From the NCBI GenBank assembly GCA_038202885.1, contig JBBREP010000001.1, forward strand, positions 25,350-89,349: a DNA stretch of 64,000 bases. The letters run 5' to 3'. The DNA comes from Acidimicrobiia bacterium (GTDB lineage: Bacteria > Actinomycetota > Acidimicrobiia > IMCC26256 > PALSA-610). Shown piece after piece: positions 46,040-54,867 of this stretch (position 1 is its first letter; each line of letters opens with the position of its first letter). A model generated the notes under the pieces. That model worked only from the letters and a program-made list of their open reading frames with translations, did not search any database and was not told the origin of the DNA. The position numbers were made by a program, and so were the translations under genes.

Positions 46040-47136
46040 GGGCTCGGCGTCGACTGGATCGTCTTGGCGGTCGTCGGCTTCACGGCGGTTGTCGTCGCCG
46101 TGGTCGAGGTGCGCGGCGCGGTGGTGCTCGGCGCCACCGTCGTGGTCGTCGTGGCAGGGGTGTCGTTGTTGTAGACGACGTAGCCGATGGTGGCGAACGC
46201 GGCGATCGGCACCACCGTCACTGCGGTCCAGAACACGCCGCGGCCGATGCGACGGGCCCGTCCTGGGCGGATCTCGGCGGTGAGACTGGCATCTACCCCG
46301 ACGGCCGTCGCCGGGTCGTCATCGTTCGCACCGACGACCGGAAGCAACGTGGTGTGATCGGTGGCGTCTCCGGTCGCCGGCGGCGCCGTGCCCGCGATCG
46401 CCGCGACGCTGTCGAGATCGCCAGTGGCGTCGACCTCGCTGATGTCGATCACCACCGCGGTCACGTTGTCGGTGCCGCCAGCCTGGAGCGCGGCGTCGAC
46501 GAGTTGTTCGGCCGCAGTCTGCGGGTCGGCGTTGTCGTGCAACAGCCGCTGTACCGCGGCCTCTTCGATCATGGTCGTGAGTCCGTCCGAGCACAACAGG
46601 ACGCGATCTCCGGTGGCGACCACGAGGGGATAGAGATCGACGTCGATCTCAGGTTCCACGCCGAGCGCGCGCGTGATGATCGAGCGCTGCGGGTGCACTG
46701 CGGCCTGTTCTTCTGTGATGCGGCCCTCGCGCACGAGTTCCTCGACGAGGCTGTGATCTTCGGTGAGGCGGATCAGATCGTCGCCGCGCGCGAGATACGC
46801 GCGTGAGTCGCCGACATGACCGAACAGCAAGGCGGCGGGGCCGCCCGGCACGAGCGCGGTCAGCGTCGTGCCCATGCCAGAGAGCGATTCGTCGGTGCCG
46901 GCGCGTTCGAACACTGCGGCATTGGCACGGCGCACCGCGTCGTCGATGGTGTTCCCCGACGCGACTGCGGCGCGCAACGTCTCGATCGCGGTACGGCTCG
47001 CGACCTCACCGCCGAGGTGGCCACCCATTCCGTCGGCGACCGCAAACAGCGCGAGCTGGCCATCGACGACGAAGGAATCTTCGTTGCCGTCGCGGACGCG
47101 TCCGACGTCGGTGGCGTAACCAGCGACGAGCTTCAC
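46036..47136 (-). CDS. pstP: PP2C-family Ser/Thr phosphatase PstP
   Basis: From GTG 47136 (GTGA overlap): VGRVRDGNEDSF, FAVADGMGGH, SDGLT, GGTDNVT. A TM helix and a Thr/Pro-rich tail follow. Confidence 0.88.
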   Translation of the reverse strand: MKLVAGYATDVGRVRDGNEDSFVVDGQLALFAVADGMGGHLGGEVASRTAIETLRAAVASGNTIDDAVRRANAAVFERAGTDESLSGMGTTLTALVPGGPAALLFGHVGDSRAYLARGDDLIRLTEDHSLVEELVREGRITEEQAAVHPQRSIITRALGVEPEIDVDLYPLVVATGDRVLLCSDGLTTMIEEAAVQRLLHDNADPQTAAEQLVDAALQAGGTDNVTAVVIDISEVDATGDLDSVAAIAGTAPPATGDATDHTTLLPVVGANDDDPATAVGVDASLTAEIRPGRARRIGRGVFWTAVTVVPIAAFATIGYVVYNNDTPATTTTTVAPSTTAPRTSTTATTTAVKPTTAKTIQSTPSP

Positions 47137-47669
47137 CGTGTCGCCTCGAGCACGGTGCCCCCAATCGTGACCCGGTCGCCGCGACGCAGGCGCGCCGGCT
47201 CGGTGAGCGGTTGATCGTTCACGAGCGTGCCGTTGGTGCTGCCAAGGTCTTCGATCCACAGTGCGCCGTCGTGGTCGAACGCTCGTGCGTGCACGGTCGA
47301 CACGTACGTGTCCGACGGCAACGCAATGCCACACCCGCCCCCGCGCCCAATCGTCAGCTCGCCGACCACCCGAAACTCGGTGCCACGTGCGGCCGCGGGC
47401 TCGGCGACCACGAGCCGCCATCCCTTGGCGCCCTGGTCGGGCTGAGCGTGCTTGCGATCACGTCGCGAGGGCGGTACTGCCGGCGCGAGTGGTGGTGCGC
47501 CCGCCTGGTCGACACCGCGTGCCATCGCGCCGGTGCCAGGCGCAGCGACGCGGCCGAGTCCCGGCGTGCCGCGCAGTTCCGAGGCCACGAGCAGCACGAC
47601 CCTGAGCAGGAACAGGTAGAGCAAGACGAGGAGGCAGACCTTGAGGATCCCCAGCGCGGCGTCCGACAC
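47133..47669 (-). CDS. fhaB: FHA-domain membrane protein FhaB/FipA
   Basis: N-terminal TM helix plus a C-terminal FHA domain (TIGRGGGCGIALPSDTYVSTVHARA...STNGTLVN). Confidence 0.85.
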   Translation of the reverse strand: MSDAALGILKVCLLVLLYLFLLRVVLLVASELRGTPGLGRVAAPGTGAMARGVDQAGAPPLAPAVPPSRRDRKHAQPDQGAKGWRLVVAEPAAARGTEFRVVGELTIGRGGGCGIALPSDTYVSTVHARAFDHDGALWIEDLGSTNGTLVNDQPLTEPARLRRGDRVTIGGTVLEATR

Positions 47670-48323
47670 TCAGCGCTCCTCGAAGCGCATCGACGTGTTG
47701 CCGATGCGGATCGTGTCGCCGTCGCGCAACGCGTGCTCGGTGATCCGAACGTCGTTGACGTAGGTGCCGTTGGTGGAGCCGAGGTCGACGACGGTCGCGC
47801 CGTCGGGACCTCGACGGATCTCGGCGTGCTGGCGGCTCGACTGCGGGTCGGAGAGGGGGACGGCGCATTCGGGCAGTCGGCCGATCGTGTTGAGCGCCTG
47901 GGGAAGGGCCACCCGCCGCCCGTCGGCGAGCACGAGCACCGGCTCCATCGGGGTTGCACCCTGCTCGATCCGTGCGTGTACTTCGAAGCCGCCGCGATGG
48001 TGGTGCGCATCGGCTGTGAACGCCACCGCGACCGGTCCGACGAAGTGGTAGCCCTCGTCGCGGGCGTGTTCACGGGCGGCTTCGACGAGTTCTGTGGCCA
48101 GCGCGTCGCGAAAGGAAGCGAAGCGCGTCTCGTCGTCGGGAGACAGCAACACCTCGAAGTGATTCGGCGCGACCGCGCCGCGCGGGCCGAGCTGGCGGCC
48201 GTCGTCCATCTCGCGAGCAATGCGGCGGCCGAGCTCGACCGGTTGCACGCCGCTGCGGAACGCGCGCCCGAACGCGCCTTCCACGAGGCGTTCGAGACGC
48301 CGCTCGAAGCCTTGGAGCACCAC
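47670..48323 (-). CDS. fhaA: FHA-domain protein FhaA (DUF3662 N-terminal domain)
   Basis: From GTG 48323/48320: LQGFERRLERLVEGAFGRAF. The C-terminal FHA domain reads IGRLPECAVPLSDPQSSRQHAEI...STNGTYVN. Confidence 0.85.
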   Translation of the reverse strand: MVLQGFERRLERLVEGAFGRAFRSGVQPVELGRRIAREMDDGRQLGPRGAVAPNHFEVLLSPDDETRFASFRDALATELVEAAREHARDEGYHFVGPVAVAFTADAHHHRGGFEVHARIEQGATPMEPVLVLADGRRVALPQALNTIGRLPECAVPLSDPQSSRQHAEIRRGPDGATVVDLGSTNGTYVNDVRITEHALRDGDTIRIGNTSMRFEER

Positions 48324-48391
48324 AGCGTGAGCGTAGCGAGCAACGCTGGCGGGTTCGCGGCGATGCGCTGGTAGCGTGTCCGTTCCACACA

Positions 48392-48475
<84 letters not shown>

Positions 48476-48541
48476 ACTGGTAGACGGCGGTATGGCCGCC
48501 GCTGCGATGAACACGTGGCACCCAGGTTTTATCCTTCGTCA

Positions 48542-49129
48542 TCAGATATGGCGGAACACGGCTCGAATCTCAGCTGCGCAGGTGGCGCGCTCTGCTCGCC
48601 AGCCCGCTCGCCGGGCGGTGTCGATGTTGGCCTGCGAATCGTCCAGGAGAAGCGCGGTTGTGCCGTTGATCGCGAGGCGATTCTCGGTGCGCGAGAAGTA
48701 TGCGACGTCTGTCTTGACCGCGCGCACATGCCACGAAGCTGCGAGGTCAGAGAACCGCAGAGCCACGGTATCGAGCGGCCGGGCGAGACAGTGGTCGATC
48801 ATCGGCCCGTTGTTCGTCGCCAGCACGAGGCGCTCAGTGCGAGTGGCGAGCGTTTCGAGGACTTCGGCGTCGGGCTCGAATGCCAAGCTCCACGCATCCA
48901 CGAGTTCCGCGTGAGTGATGCGACACTCAAGTACGTCCAGTATCGCCGCGATCGACTCAGCGGCGCCATAGGCGCCGGTCTCCATCGCCGCATCGAGGCC
49001 TGAGCCGAATATCCGCTGATGAACGTCGCTGGTCGTGAGTTGCGTCCGCTCGGCCATCGCGGCAAGCCGCGCGTCGGGACAAAAGCGCGCCACCACGCCG
49101 CCGAGATCGACGGCGAGTGTGGTGATCAT
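48542..49129 (-). CDS. HAD-superfamily hydrolase-like protein
   Basis: From ATG 49129 (ATGA overlap): MITTLAVDLGGV (a variant motif I) and LLLDDSQANIDTARRAGW (motif IV). Confidence 0.55.
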   Translation of the reverse strand: MITTLAVDLGGVVARFCPDARLAAMAERTQLTTSDVHQRIFGSGLDAAMETGAYGAAESIAAILDVLECRITHAELVDAWSLAFEPDAEVLETLATRTERLVLATNNGPMIDHCLARPLDTVALRFSDLAASWHVRAVKTDVAYFSRTENRLAINGTTALLLDDSQANIDTARRAGWRAERATCAAEIRAVFRHI

Positions 49130-49638
49130 CGAGAATCGTCCCCCAAGATTCGTTGCATCAGCACGAGATCGAGCCATCGCCCGAACTTGATGCCCGTCTC
49201 CGGCATGCGCCCGACGATCTCGAAGCCGAGGCGCTGATGGAACGCGATCGAAGCCTCGTTGGCTCCGTCGACGGCTGCCACCATGACGTGGATCGACGAA
49301 GCGCTCGCCCGCTTGACGAGCTCGTCCATGAGCGCGCGCCCAACGCCACAACCCCACATCGACTCATCAACGTGGATGGAGTGCTCGACCGTATACCGGT
49401 ACCCGGGCCAACGTCCTTCGCCGCGGAAGCTGCCATACGCGGCGTAGCCAACCACGTCACGGCCGTGCTCCGCGACGAGGACTGGGAAGTGCGCGTCGCG
49501 CTGGCGAGCGAACCAGCGTTCGCGTTCTTGCAGGGTCTCGGGGATTTCGGTCCAGGCACCGGTCGTGGATTCGATGAGACCGTTGTAGAGGTCGCGAATC
49601 CGAGCTAGGTCCCACCGAGTCGCGTCACGGACGATCAT
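49126..49638 (-). CDS. GNAT N-acetyltransferase (phosphinothricin acetyltransferase-like)
   Basis: 170 aa. GCGVGRALMDELVKRA, AFHQRLGFEIVG. Confidence 0.85.
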   Translation of the reverse strand: MIVRDATRWDLARIRDLYNGLIESTTGAWTEIPETLQERERWFARQRDAHFPVLVAEHGRDVVGYAAYGSFRGEGRWPGYRYTVEHSIHVDESMWGCGVGRALMDELVKRASASSIHVMVAAVDGANEASIAFHQRLGFEIVGRMPETGIKFGRWLDLVLMQRILGDDSR

Positions 49639-50251
49639 GACTCGACCTTCGCCAGCGCGCCGAGCAGCAACGCGCTCAGGCCGAATTCGAAATGCGCATC
49701 GAAATCGGCGCGCTCGTAGTGTCGCGTCTGGGAACGCAGGTATGGCAGGGCCGTTTCGGCGGCGTACACGTTCAGCGCCCGTTGGACTACGCCGGCGCTA
49801 CGCACCTGCTCTTCGGCCTGCACCCGCATCAGCACAAAGGTCATGACTGCATTGGTCACGGCGACGCCGTCGAATCCACTCACTCCGGCCCGATCGGCGC
49901 GCTCGAGCAAGCGGTCGACCTGTTGCAGCATCACCGGCAACTCGAACCACGTGCACATCAACGCGGATGAGACGCCCGCGAACGAACCCAACGTGGCGCG
50001 AACGGCGCGCGCCCATTCGCGTAGGTCATCGTCGAGAGGCCCGGCGTTGCCAACCAATGGCAGGAGGGTCGCGATCGCGTCGAGCGCGCCCAAGCGCAGC
50101 GCGGTTCCGTCGGCAACGTGGCGGTACAGCGCCATCGGCGTCACTCCCAGTGCCGCGGCTACAGCGCGCAACGACACGGAGCCGAACGATTCTCGCCGCG
50201 CGAGGTCGACAGCGGTGTCGACGATGGTTTCGTGCGTCAAACGCTTGAGCA
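49635..50251 (-). CDS. TetR-family transcriptional regulator
   Basis: From ATG 50251: the N-terminal HTH reads SLRAVAAALGVTPMALYRHV. ATGA overlap with the GNAT gene. Confidence 0.85.
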
Positions 50252-50258
50252 TCCTGGA

Positions 50259-50274
50259 AGTATACGGCCGTATA
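50259..50274. promoter_or_regulatory. Perfect 16-bp palindrome, candidate TetR operator
   Basis: GTATACGGCCGTATAC lies 8 nt upstream of the TetR start codon. Confidence 0.5.
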
Positions 50275-50406
50275 CCACTTCGCAAGGCCCTATCGCAAGC
50301 CTCAGAACCGGGAGCGCGCGGTGAACGGGGGACAGTGTTAGCATCAAACGATGCAGTATCTGATGCAGACGCTGACGGAGGCGTTGCCGCCTCGGAGGAG
50401 CCCGGG

Positions 50407-50604
50407 ATGCGCACGACGGTAACGATCGACGACGACCTTGCTGCCGAGGCTGAGCGCCTCACGGGGATCACCGAACGTGCGACGCTGCTGCGCCGCGGCC
50501 TCGAAACGCTGGTCGAAGTCGAGAGCGCTCGTCGCCTGGCGCAACTCGGAGGCACAGACCCGTACGCCTCAGCGGCACCGCGACGCCGCGGCGAAAGCGC
50601 ATGA
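50407..50604 (+). CDS. vapB: VapB-type (ribbon-helix-helix) antitoxin
   Basis: MRTTVTIDDDLAAEAERLTGITERATLLRRGLETLV. The stop overlaps the vapC ATG. Confidence 0.8.
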   Translation: MRTTVTIDDDLAAEAERLTGITERATLLRRGLETLVEVESARRLAQLGGTDPYASAAPRRRGESA

Positions 50605-50969
50605 TCCTGGTCGACACTTCGGTGTGGATCGACCATCTGCGTCGCAACGACGCTCACCTCGCGACGTTGTTGGAGCGCAACGAAGTGGTGATGCACCGGA
50701 TGGTGCTCGGCGAACTAGCGCTCGGCTCGCTCGCGCGGCGTTCGGAGACGCTCGCGTTACTCGCGAATCTCGTGAGCGTCACTCGCGTCAACGACGACGA
50801 GGTCCTCGTGTTTATCGAACAGCAGAAGTTGTGGTCTCGCGGCCTCGGTCTGGTCGACGCACACCTGCTCGCAGCGGTCCGGGTCGCTCCAGGCACAACA
50901 CTTTGGACGCGCGACGAACGTCTTCGCGTCGCGGCACTTGACTTCGATGTGGCCTACGCGGGTGGTTAA
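50601..50969 (+). CDS. vapC: VapC PIN-domain ribonuclease toxin
   Basis: MILVDTSVWIDHLR...GLVDAHLLA. 122 aa. Confidence 0.88.
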   Translation: MILVDTSVWIDHLRRNDAHLATLLERNEVVMHRMVLGELALGSLARRSETLALLANLVSVTRVNDDEVLVFIEQQKLWSRGLGLVDAHLLAAVRVAPGTTLWTRDERLRVAALDFDVAYAGG

Positions 50970-51079
50970 GCACCTCGGTCGTCGGAGCGAAGGCGCGATC
51001 CGTCGGCGCTGACGCATGCGTCGTTGAACAGTCGGGGTGGGATCAACTCCGGGTTCAAGTACCGTCGCATCTCGCGCAC
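50966..51079 (-). pseudogene. Short fragment paralogous to the 5' end of the gene at 53574-53999
   Basis: The GTG at 51079 gives VREMRRYLNP, compared with VRELRRYSNP. 28/31 nt are identical over 51050-51080, and the sequences diverge after that. Confidence 0.3.
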
Positions 51080-51226
51080 TCTCGTTGTCGATTCGACAAC
51101 GTTTGCCCAGGTCAGGCGCGGGGTTCTAGTTGCGTCTCCGCAGGTGTCGCGCGCAGCGCCGATGCACCGCGACGGAGCGTGCATATCGGCAGATCGCAGT
51201 GCCCAGGCGGAGGTAGCGCCTGCCGG

Positions 51227-52792
51227 TTACGAGCAGGCAGTTGCTCCACACGACGGCAGGTCGAATGTGAGCTCGCTGTCTTCGGTCGGGCCGAGGAGGC
51301 CGGTTCCGTCAGTGCCGAGAACGATCTTCGAGACGGCGTAGCCAAGGTTGTTGCAATTGAGGAGGTTCGTGAGCGCGCCGATACCAGGAACGACGTAGCC
51401 GCCCGTCCATGTGGAAAGGCCAGGCACGCCAGCTGATTGCATGAGCATCTTGGCGCTGACGATCGCGCCCTTGGCGACGCCGGACGACACGACGCCCGTG
51501 AGTGTCACCTCGTCGAGTAGCGAGTTAACGCCTGGGGTTGGCGTTGCCGGCCCGATCACCACATCAGCCTTGAACTTGTAGGGCTTGCCTAGAGCGTCAT
51601 TGTTCGCGAACCGCCCGGTGAGTACACCTGTGAGCGGGTATTGGTCGGGGTCGATTGTGTAGGGGCTGAACGGGTCGCAGTTGGGCCGACCATGGAGTGT
51701 GCCGGTGAGGCCGACAAGGTCGCCGACGATCGCCGCGTAGTCGTCGTTGGCAATCGGGTAGTTGCCCGTGCATGGCGACGTGGTGTTGTCGGCGAAGGCT
51801 GCGCCTATCGAGGCCGGGAGCCACGGCTCGACGACGTTGCGAGCCGCAGCGACGTCGTAGATGTTGCTCGAAAATGTTGCGTAACCACCGACGTGATCGC
51901 AGGTGAGCACGGTGGTGCGGTTCTCGGGAACGAACGGGATATATGCCGACGAAGAAGATGCGGTCGGCAGCGCGAACGTGACGGCGCTGTTCTCAAATCC
52001 CCCGAGCAGGGAAGGGCCGTTGGTCGCGACGATCCATTCGCGAATACCGGGCCCACCGTTCAAACAGACGAACGAAGCAAGCGTCGACGGATCGCCGGGA
52101 ACGAGCGTGCCGTGCGCCGGGTCGAGTACGGAACCGCCGCCGATCAATGCGGCCGCATTGCTGTTGTCGTTGGTCTTCGTCGGTTGGAACAACCAGTGTG
52201 CGGTCAGCAGGGCGCCCTTGGCGACTCCGCTGTACACGACGCCATACATCGTGAACTCGTCGATATGGTCGACGGCGGGTCCGAGCACGACGTGTGCGCT
52301 GGCGCGGTAGTTGCGGTTCGTGATCGGGTCGATGTTCGTGAACGTCATGCCCACAGTGCCGGAGAATGGATACTGATCCTTGTTCACTCCGCCGTATTTC
52401 AGTGAAGTGCTGCAACTTTCGCGTCCCGTGAACTTAAGCGCCCAGCTCTTGAGATCGCCGACGTCGGGTTGGCCAGTCGCGCCATGGGTGAACGCGCCGG
52501 TGCAAGGCGCCGTGTACTTCTTCGGACTATGGCCGCTCGCGACTGTCGTGAGGCCCGTCCATTCAGCCGAGTTGGGGTCGGCAGGTGCCGGCTTCGCCGG
52601 CGGTACCGCGACGAGGCCAGGAGCTGAGGTTCTGGCAGTGCCGATGACGTGATCGCAGCGCAACACCGTCGCGGTACCATCGGCACCCGACCACGTGCCC
52701 GTTGTGGCTTGCACCCCGGGAGTCGCCAGCGTCGTCGCCCCAATAATGCTCGCAACAGCCAGCACGCCGATGGCCCCTGTCCGAACAATCAT
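51227..52792 (-). CDS. Secreted Cys-rich protein with two tandem homologous halves, unknown function
   Basis: Signal peptide MIVRTGAIGVLAVASIIGATTLATPGVQA. Motifs repeated in each half: TVL(R/T)CDHV, PCTG, DQYP(F/L)(S/T)G, SGVAKGA, LLG..E.S..TF.LP. Confidence 0.6.
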   Translation of the reverse strand: MIVRTGAIGVLAVASIIGATTLATPGVQATTGTWSGADGTATVLRCDHVIGTARTSAPGLVAVPPAKPAPADPNSAEWTGLTTVASGHSPKKYTAPCTGAFTHGATGQPDVGDLKSWALKFTGRESCSTSLKYGGVNKDQYPFSGTVGMTFTNIDPITNRNYRASAHVVLGPAVDHIDEFTMYGVVYSGVAKGALLTAHWLFQPTKTNDNSNAAALIGGGSVLDPAHGTLVPGDPSTLASFVCLNGGPGIREWIVATNGPSLLGGFENSAVTFALPTASSSSAYIPFVPENRTTVLTCDHVGGYATFSSNIYDVAAARNVVEPWLPASIGAAFADNTTSPCTGNYPIANDDYAAIVGDLVGLTGTLHGRPNCDPFSPYTIDPDQYPLTGVLTGRFANNDALGKPYKFKADVVIGPATPTPGVNSLLDEVTLTGVVSSGVAKGAIVSAKMLMQSAGVPGLSTWTGGYVVPGIGALTNLLNCNNLGYAVSKIVLGTDGTGLLGPTEDSELTFDLPSCGATACS

Positions 52793-53102
52793 GTCGCCCC
52801 CTCAGCGCCGTCCAACGTGCGCGGACGGGATGCGGAACGTACTCGACTTCGCGCGGCCCCGCTCGCTGAGCCGAGAAGTCCACGTGACCGGTCTGCTCGT
52901 ACTTGCGTCGAGAAGCTGCGGCTTCTGACCCGCGCTGGGCGACTCCCTCGTCGCCGAGGATCTGGTGTAGAGGGGCGCGATTCACCGACCTGATGGATCG
53001 CATGGCTGGCAGCTTCCTGACGACACCACCGCCTCGTGATCCGATCAACCCGACGCCGTGCCAGTGCGGTTCGGCAGTTCGTGCGACGCTGGGCTCAGGC
53101 GG

Positions 53103-53573
53103 TTACGAGAAGTCTTTCGACGGAGTGGCCTCGTTGTTGCGCCAGAACTCCTCGCAGTGCTCAGTGTCCGGGTCGACCGTCCACAAGCGATCGGACTTGC
53201 CATCGGGGCGCAACCGACTGAAGTAAATCGCCGTATTGTCGAACTTGTCGCCCGTGGGCGCCTCGCCGGTCTCGTGGATCACACTGATCGCCACCCTGTC
53301 GTCTGCGTAGATACAGCGTGCGTCTTGGTGGAAGGTGCCTCCCAAAGCACCAGCAAACTCCAGCAGCATCAGGGCCATGTCGTCCTTGCTCGTCGCTCGA
53401 TGCCACGGCCCCGCGCCAGGCCCGTTCTCTACGACTATGTCGTCGGCGATGCTGTCGAACGACGGTCCGTAGTCGCCCGCTCGTGCCGCCGCCCATGCCG
53501 CTTCCGCGCGGTCGAAGTTGGGTCTGCCCCTGGTTCGGTTGACTTCTTGATGTGCTCGCCTCGTCGCCTCGCG
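53103..53573 (-). pseudogene. SnoaL/NTF2-like protein coding region without a usable start codon
   Basis: The open frame reads ...NFDRAEAAWAAARAGDYGPSFDSIADDIVVENGPG...MALMLLEF.... The only ATG (53378) lies mid-domain. No ATG, GTG or TTG lies between the in-frame TGA at 53574-53576 and 53378. Confidence 0.4.
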
Positions 53574-53999
53574 TCAGTAGCCGCGACGTGAGGGTCGAAC
53601 TGCCACGTGGGCCGATCGGAACGCGCGCAGCACGCTCCACGCGCTGACGCCGAACTGCTCACCGACTTTCGCGAGCGAGAGACCCGACCCGTACAACGCC
53701 GCCGCAGCAGCCACGTCCGCTTCGTCGACGAGTCGATACTTCACTTCAACGCCGCGCTCGCGCAGCAGATCGGCGAGGAGCGCGCGTTCGATGCTGAACT
53801 CGGACGCGAGCGCATGCAGCGTGTCCCCCGCCGCGTACCGCTCCGCGAGTCGATCGAGCGTTTCAACGTCGATTCGTGTCCGATTTGTCGATAGCGATGG
53901 GCCGGGTCGATGAGACACGCGATCACGGCCGTGACCAGAGAGAACGCGCTCCAGACGCGTCACGATGTTCGGGTTGGAGTACCGTCGCAGCTCGCGCAC
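53574..53999 (-). CDS. Helix-turn-helix protein, two HTH-like repeats, unknown function
   Basis: GTG 53999 lies 14 nt after the vapC stop. The repeats are LDRLAERYAAGDTLHALASEFSIERALLADLL and AAAALYGSGLSLAKVGEQFGVSAWSVLRAF. Confidence 0.45.
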   Translation of the reverse strand: MRELRRYSNPNIVTRLERVLSGHGRDRVSHRPGPSLSTNRTRIDVETLDRLAERYAAGDTLHALASEFSIERALLADLLRERGVEVKYRLVDEADVAAAAALYGSGLSLAKVGEQFGVSAWSVLRAFRSAHVAVRPSRRGY

Positions 54000-54013
54000 T
54001 TCGATCGGCGTCT

Positions 54014-54424
54014 TCAGGCGCGGTCTGGGTGGCGTACCGCGACGACACTGAGCGCGTCGACGCCGGTGAAATCGTGCGGATTGCAGGTGTGGACTGGCAG
54101 TTCGCGAGCGACCGCGATCGCAGCGATCATCGCGTCATAGGCCCGTGCTTGAGGCTTGCGTCCATTTCGGCGCAGTGACGCGGCCACCGCGCCAAAGGCC
54201 CGAGCAGCGGCCGCGTCAAACGGAAGCGGGTCGAAGTCGGCCTCGGCGGCTTGAAGGTGTGCCTGGCGAGCGACGCGCTCGTGCTCATTCGAAGCCACGA
54301 GCGGACCGACGGACAGCTCGGCCAACGTCACCGCAGTGATGAACGCGTCGTCGGGCAACGCAGCGACATCATCGATCCGCCCGAGCAAGATGAGCGTGCT
54401 CGTGTCGAGTATCCCGGCGCTCAC
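54014..54424 (-). CDS. vapC: VapC PIN-domain toxin
   Basis: ILDTSTLILL...TAVTLAEL...YDAMIAAIA. The GTG start overlaps the antitoxin stop (GTGA). Confidence 0.85.
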   Translation of the reverse strand: MSAGILDTSTLILLGRIDDVAALPDDAFITAVTLAELSVGPLVASNEHERVARQAHLQAAEADFDPLPFDAAAARAFGAVAASLRRNGRKPQARAYDAMIAAIAVARELPVHTCNPHDFTGVDALSVVAVRHPDRA

Positions 54425-54660
54425 GACAGCGCGCCATCCATGGCCGCGTCCAAATCCTGGAGCAACGCATCCGGATCGACGACCGGCAGGTGGGCGCGGC
54501 GGCGAATCAATTCGGCGATGGGAAAGGGGCGAGGACCGATGGGGTGGAGCTCGGCGACCGGCTTGCCACTGCGCGTGACGGTGATCCGTTCGCCGCGAGC
54601 AACGCGGTCGACGACCTCACCGCCATGGTTTCGCAGATCCCGAATCGAAACGTCAGCCAC
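54421..54660 (-). CDS. Phd/YefM-type antitoxin
   Basis: ADVSIRDLRNHGGEVVDRVARGERITVTRSGKPVAEL. 79 aa. Confidence 0.8.
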   Translation of the reverse strand: MADVSIRDLRNHGGEVVDRVARGERITVTRSGKPVAELHPIGPRPFPIAELIRRRAHLPVVDPDALLQDLDAAMDGALS

Positions 54661-54672
54661 CTCGCCAATGTA

Positions 54673-54682
54673 TCACGCGTGA
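54673..54682. promoter_or_regulatory. 10-bp palindrome upstream of the antitoxin gene (candidate TA operator)
   Basis: TCACGCGTGA lies 13 nt upstream of the antitoxin GTG. Confidence 0.35.
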
Positions 54683-54710
54683 GACAGGCGGGGCAGTGGG
54701 GGTTCCACGG

Positions 54711-54769
54711 GGTTTCGTGGCCGACAACGTGTCGATCTACCGGCGCCTCCTCACCGGCGACACCGCGGC
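54711..54769 (+). repeat. 59-bp direct repeat, intergenic copy (partner at 57439-57497 inside the STAND gene)
   Basis: 55/59 identical. Both copies would encode GFVADN(V/M)SIYR(R/H)LL(T/A)GDTAA. Confidence 0.9.
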
Positions 54770-54867
54770 ACGAACTCTGCACCTATGCAGGTGCAGAGCA
54801 ATTCCGGGCGAACGCGGGTCCCCAGTCGCGGTTCTCGCACTGATGCGCACCGGCGGACCGCTCGGCC

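Noticed and set aside
51050-51080. tRNA-Leu 3'-end-like sequence (GGGTTCAAGT...CTCGCGCAC) as an att site bounding an island that starts at the tRNA
   Set aside because: The match to the tRNA is split into a 10-mer and a 9-mer by a 5-nt longer spacer. The same segment is better explained as the 5' end of a paralogous gene (28/31 identity to 53970-54000). No integrase is present.
54669-54686. parS-like site TGTATCACGCGTGAGACA
   Set aside because: It resembles TGTTTCACGTGAAACA but has two extra central bases and two arm mismatches. Its position just upstream of an antitoxin gene fits a TA operator better.
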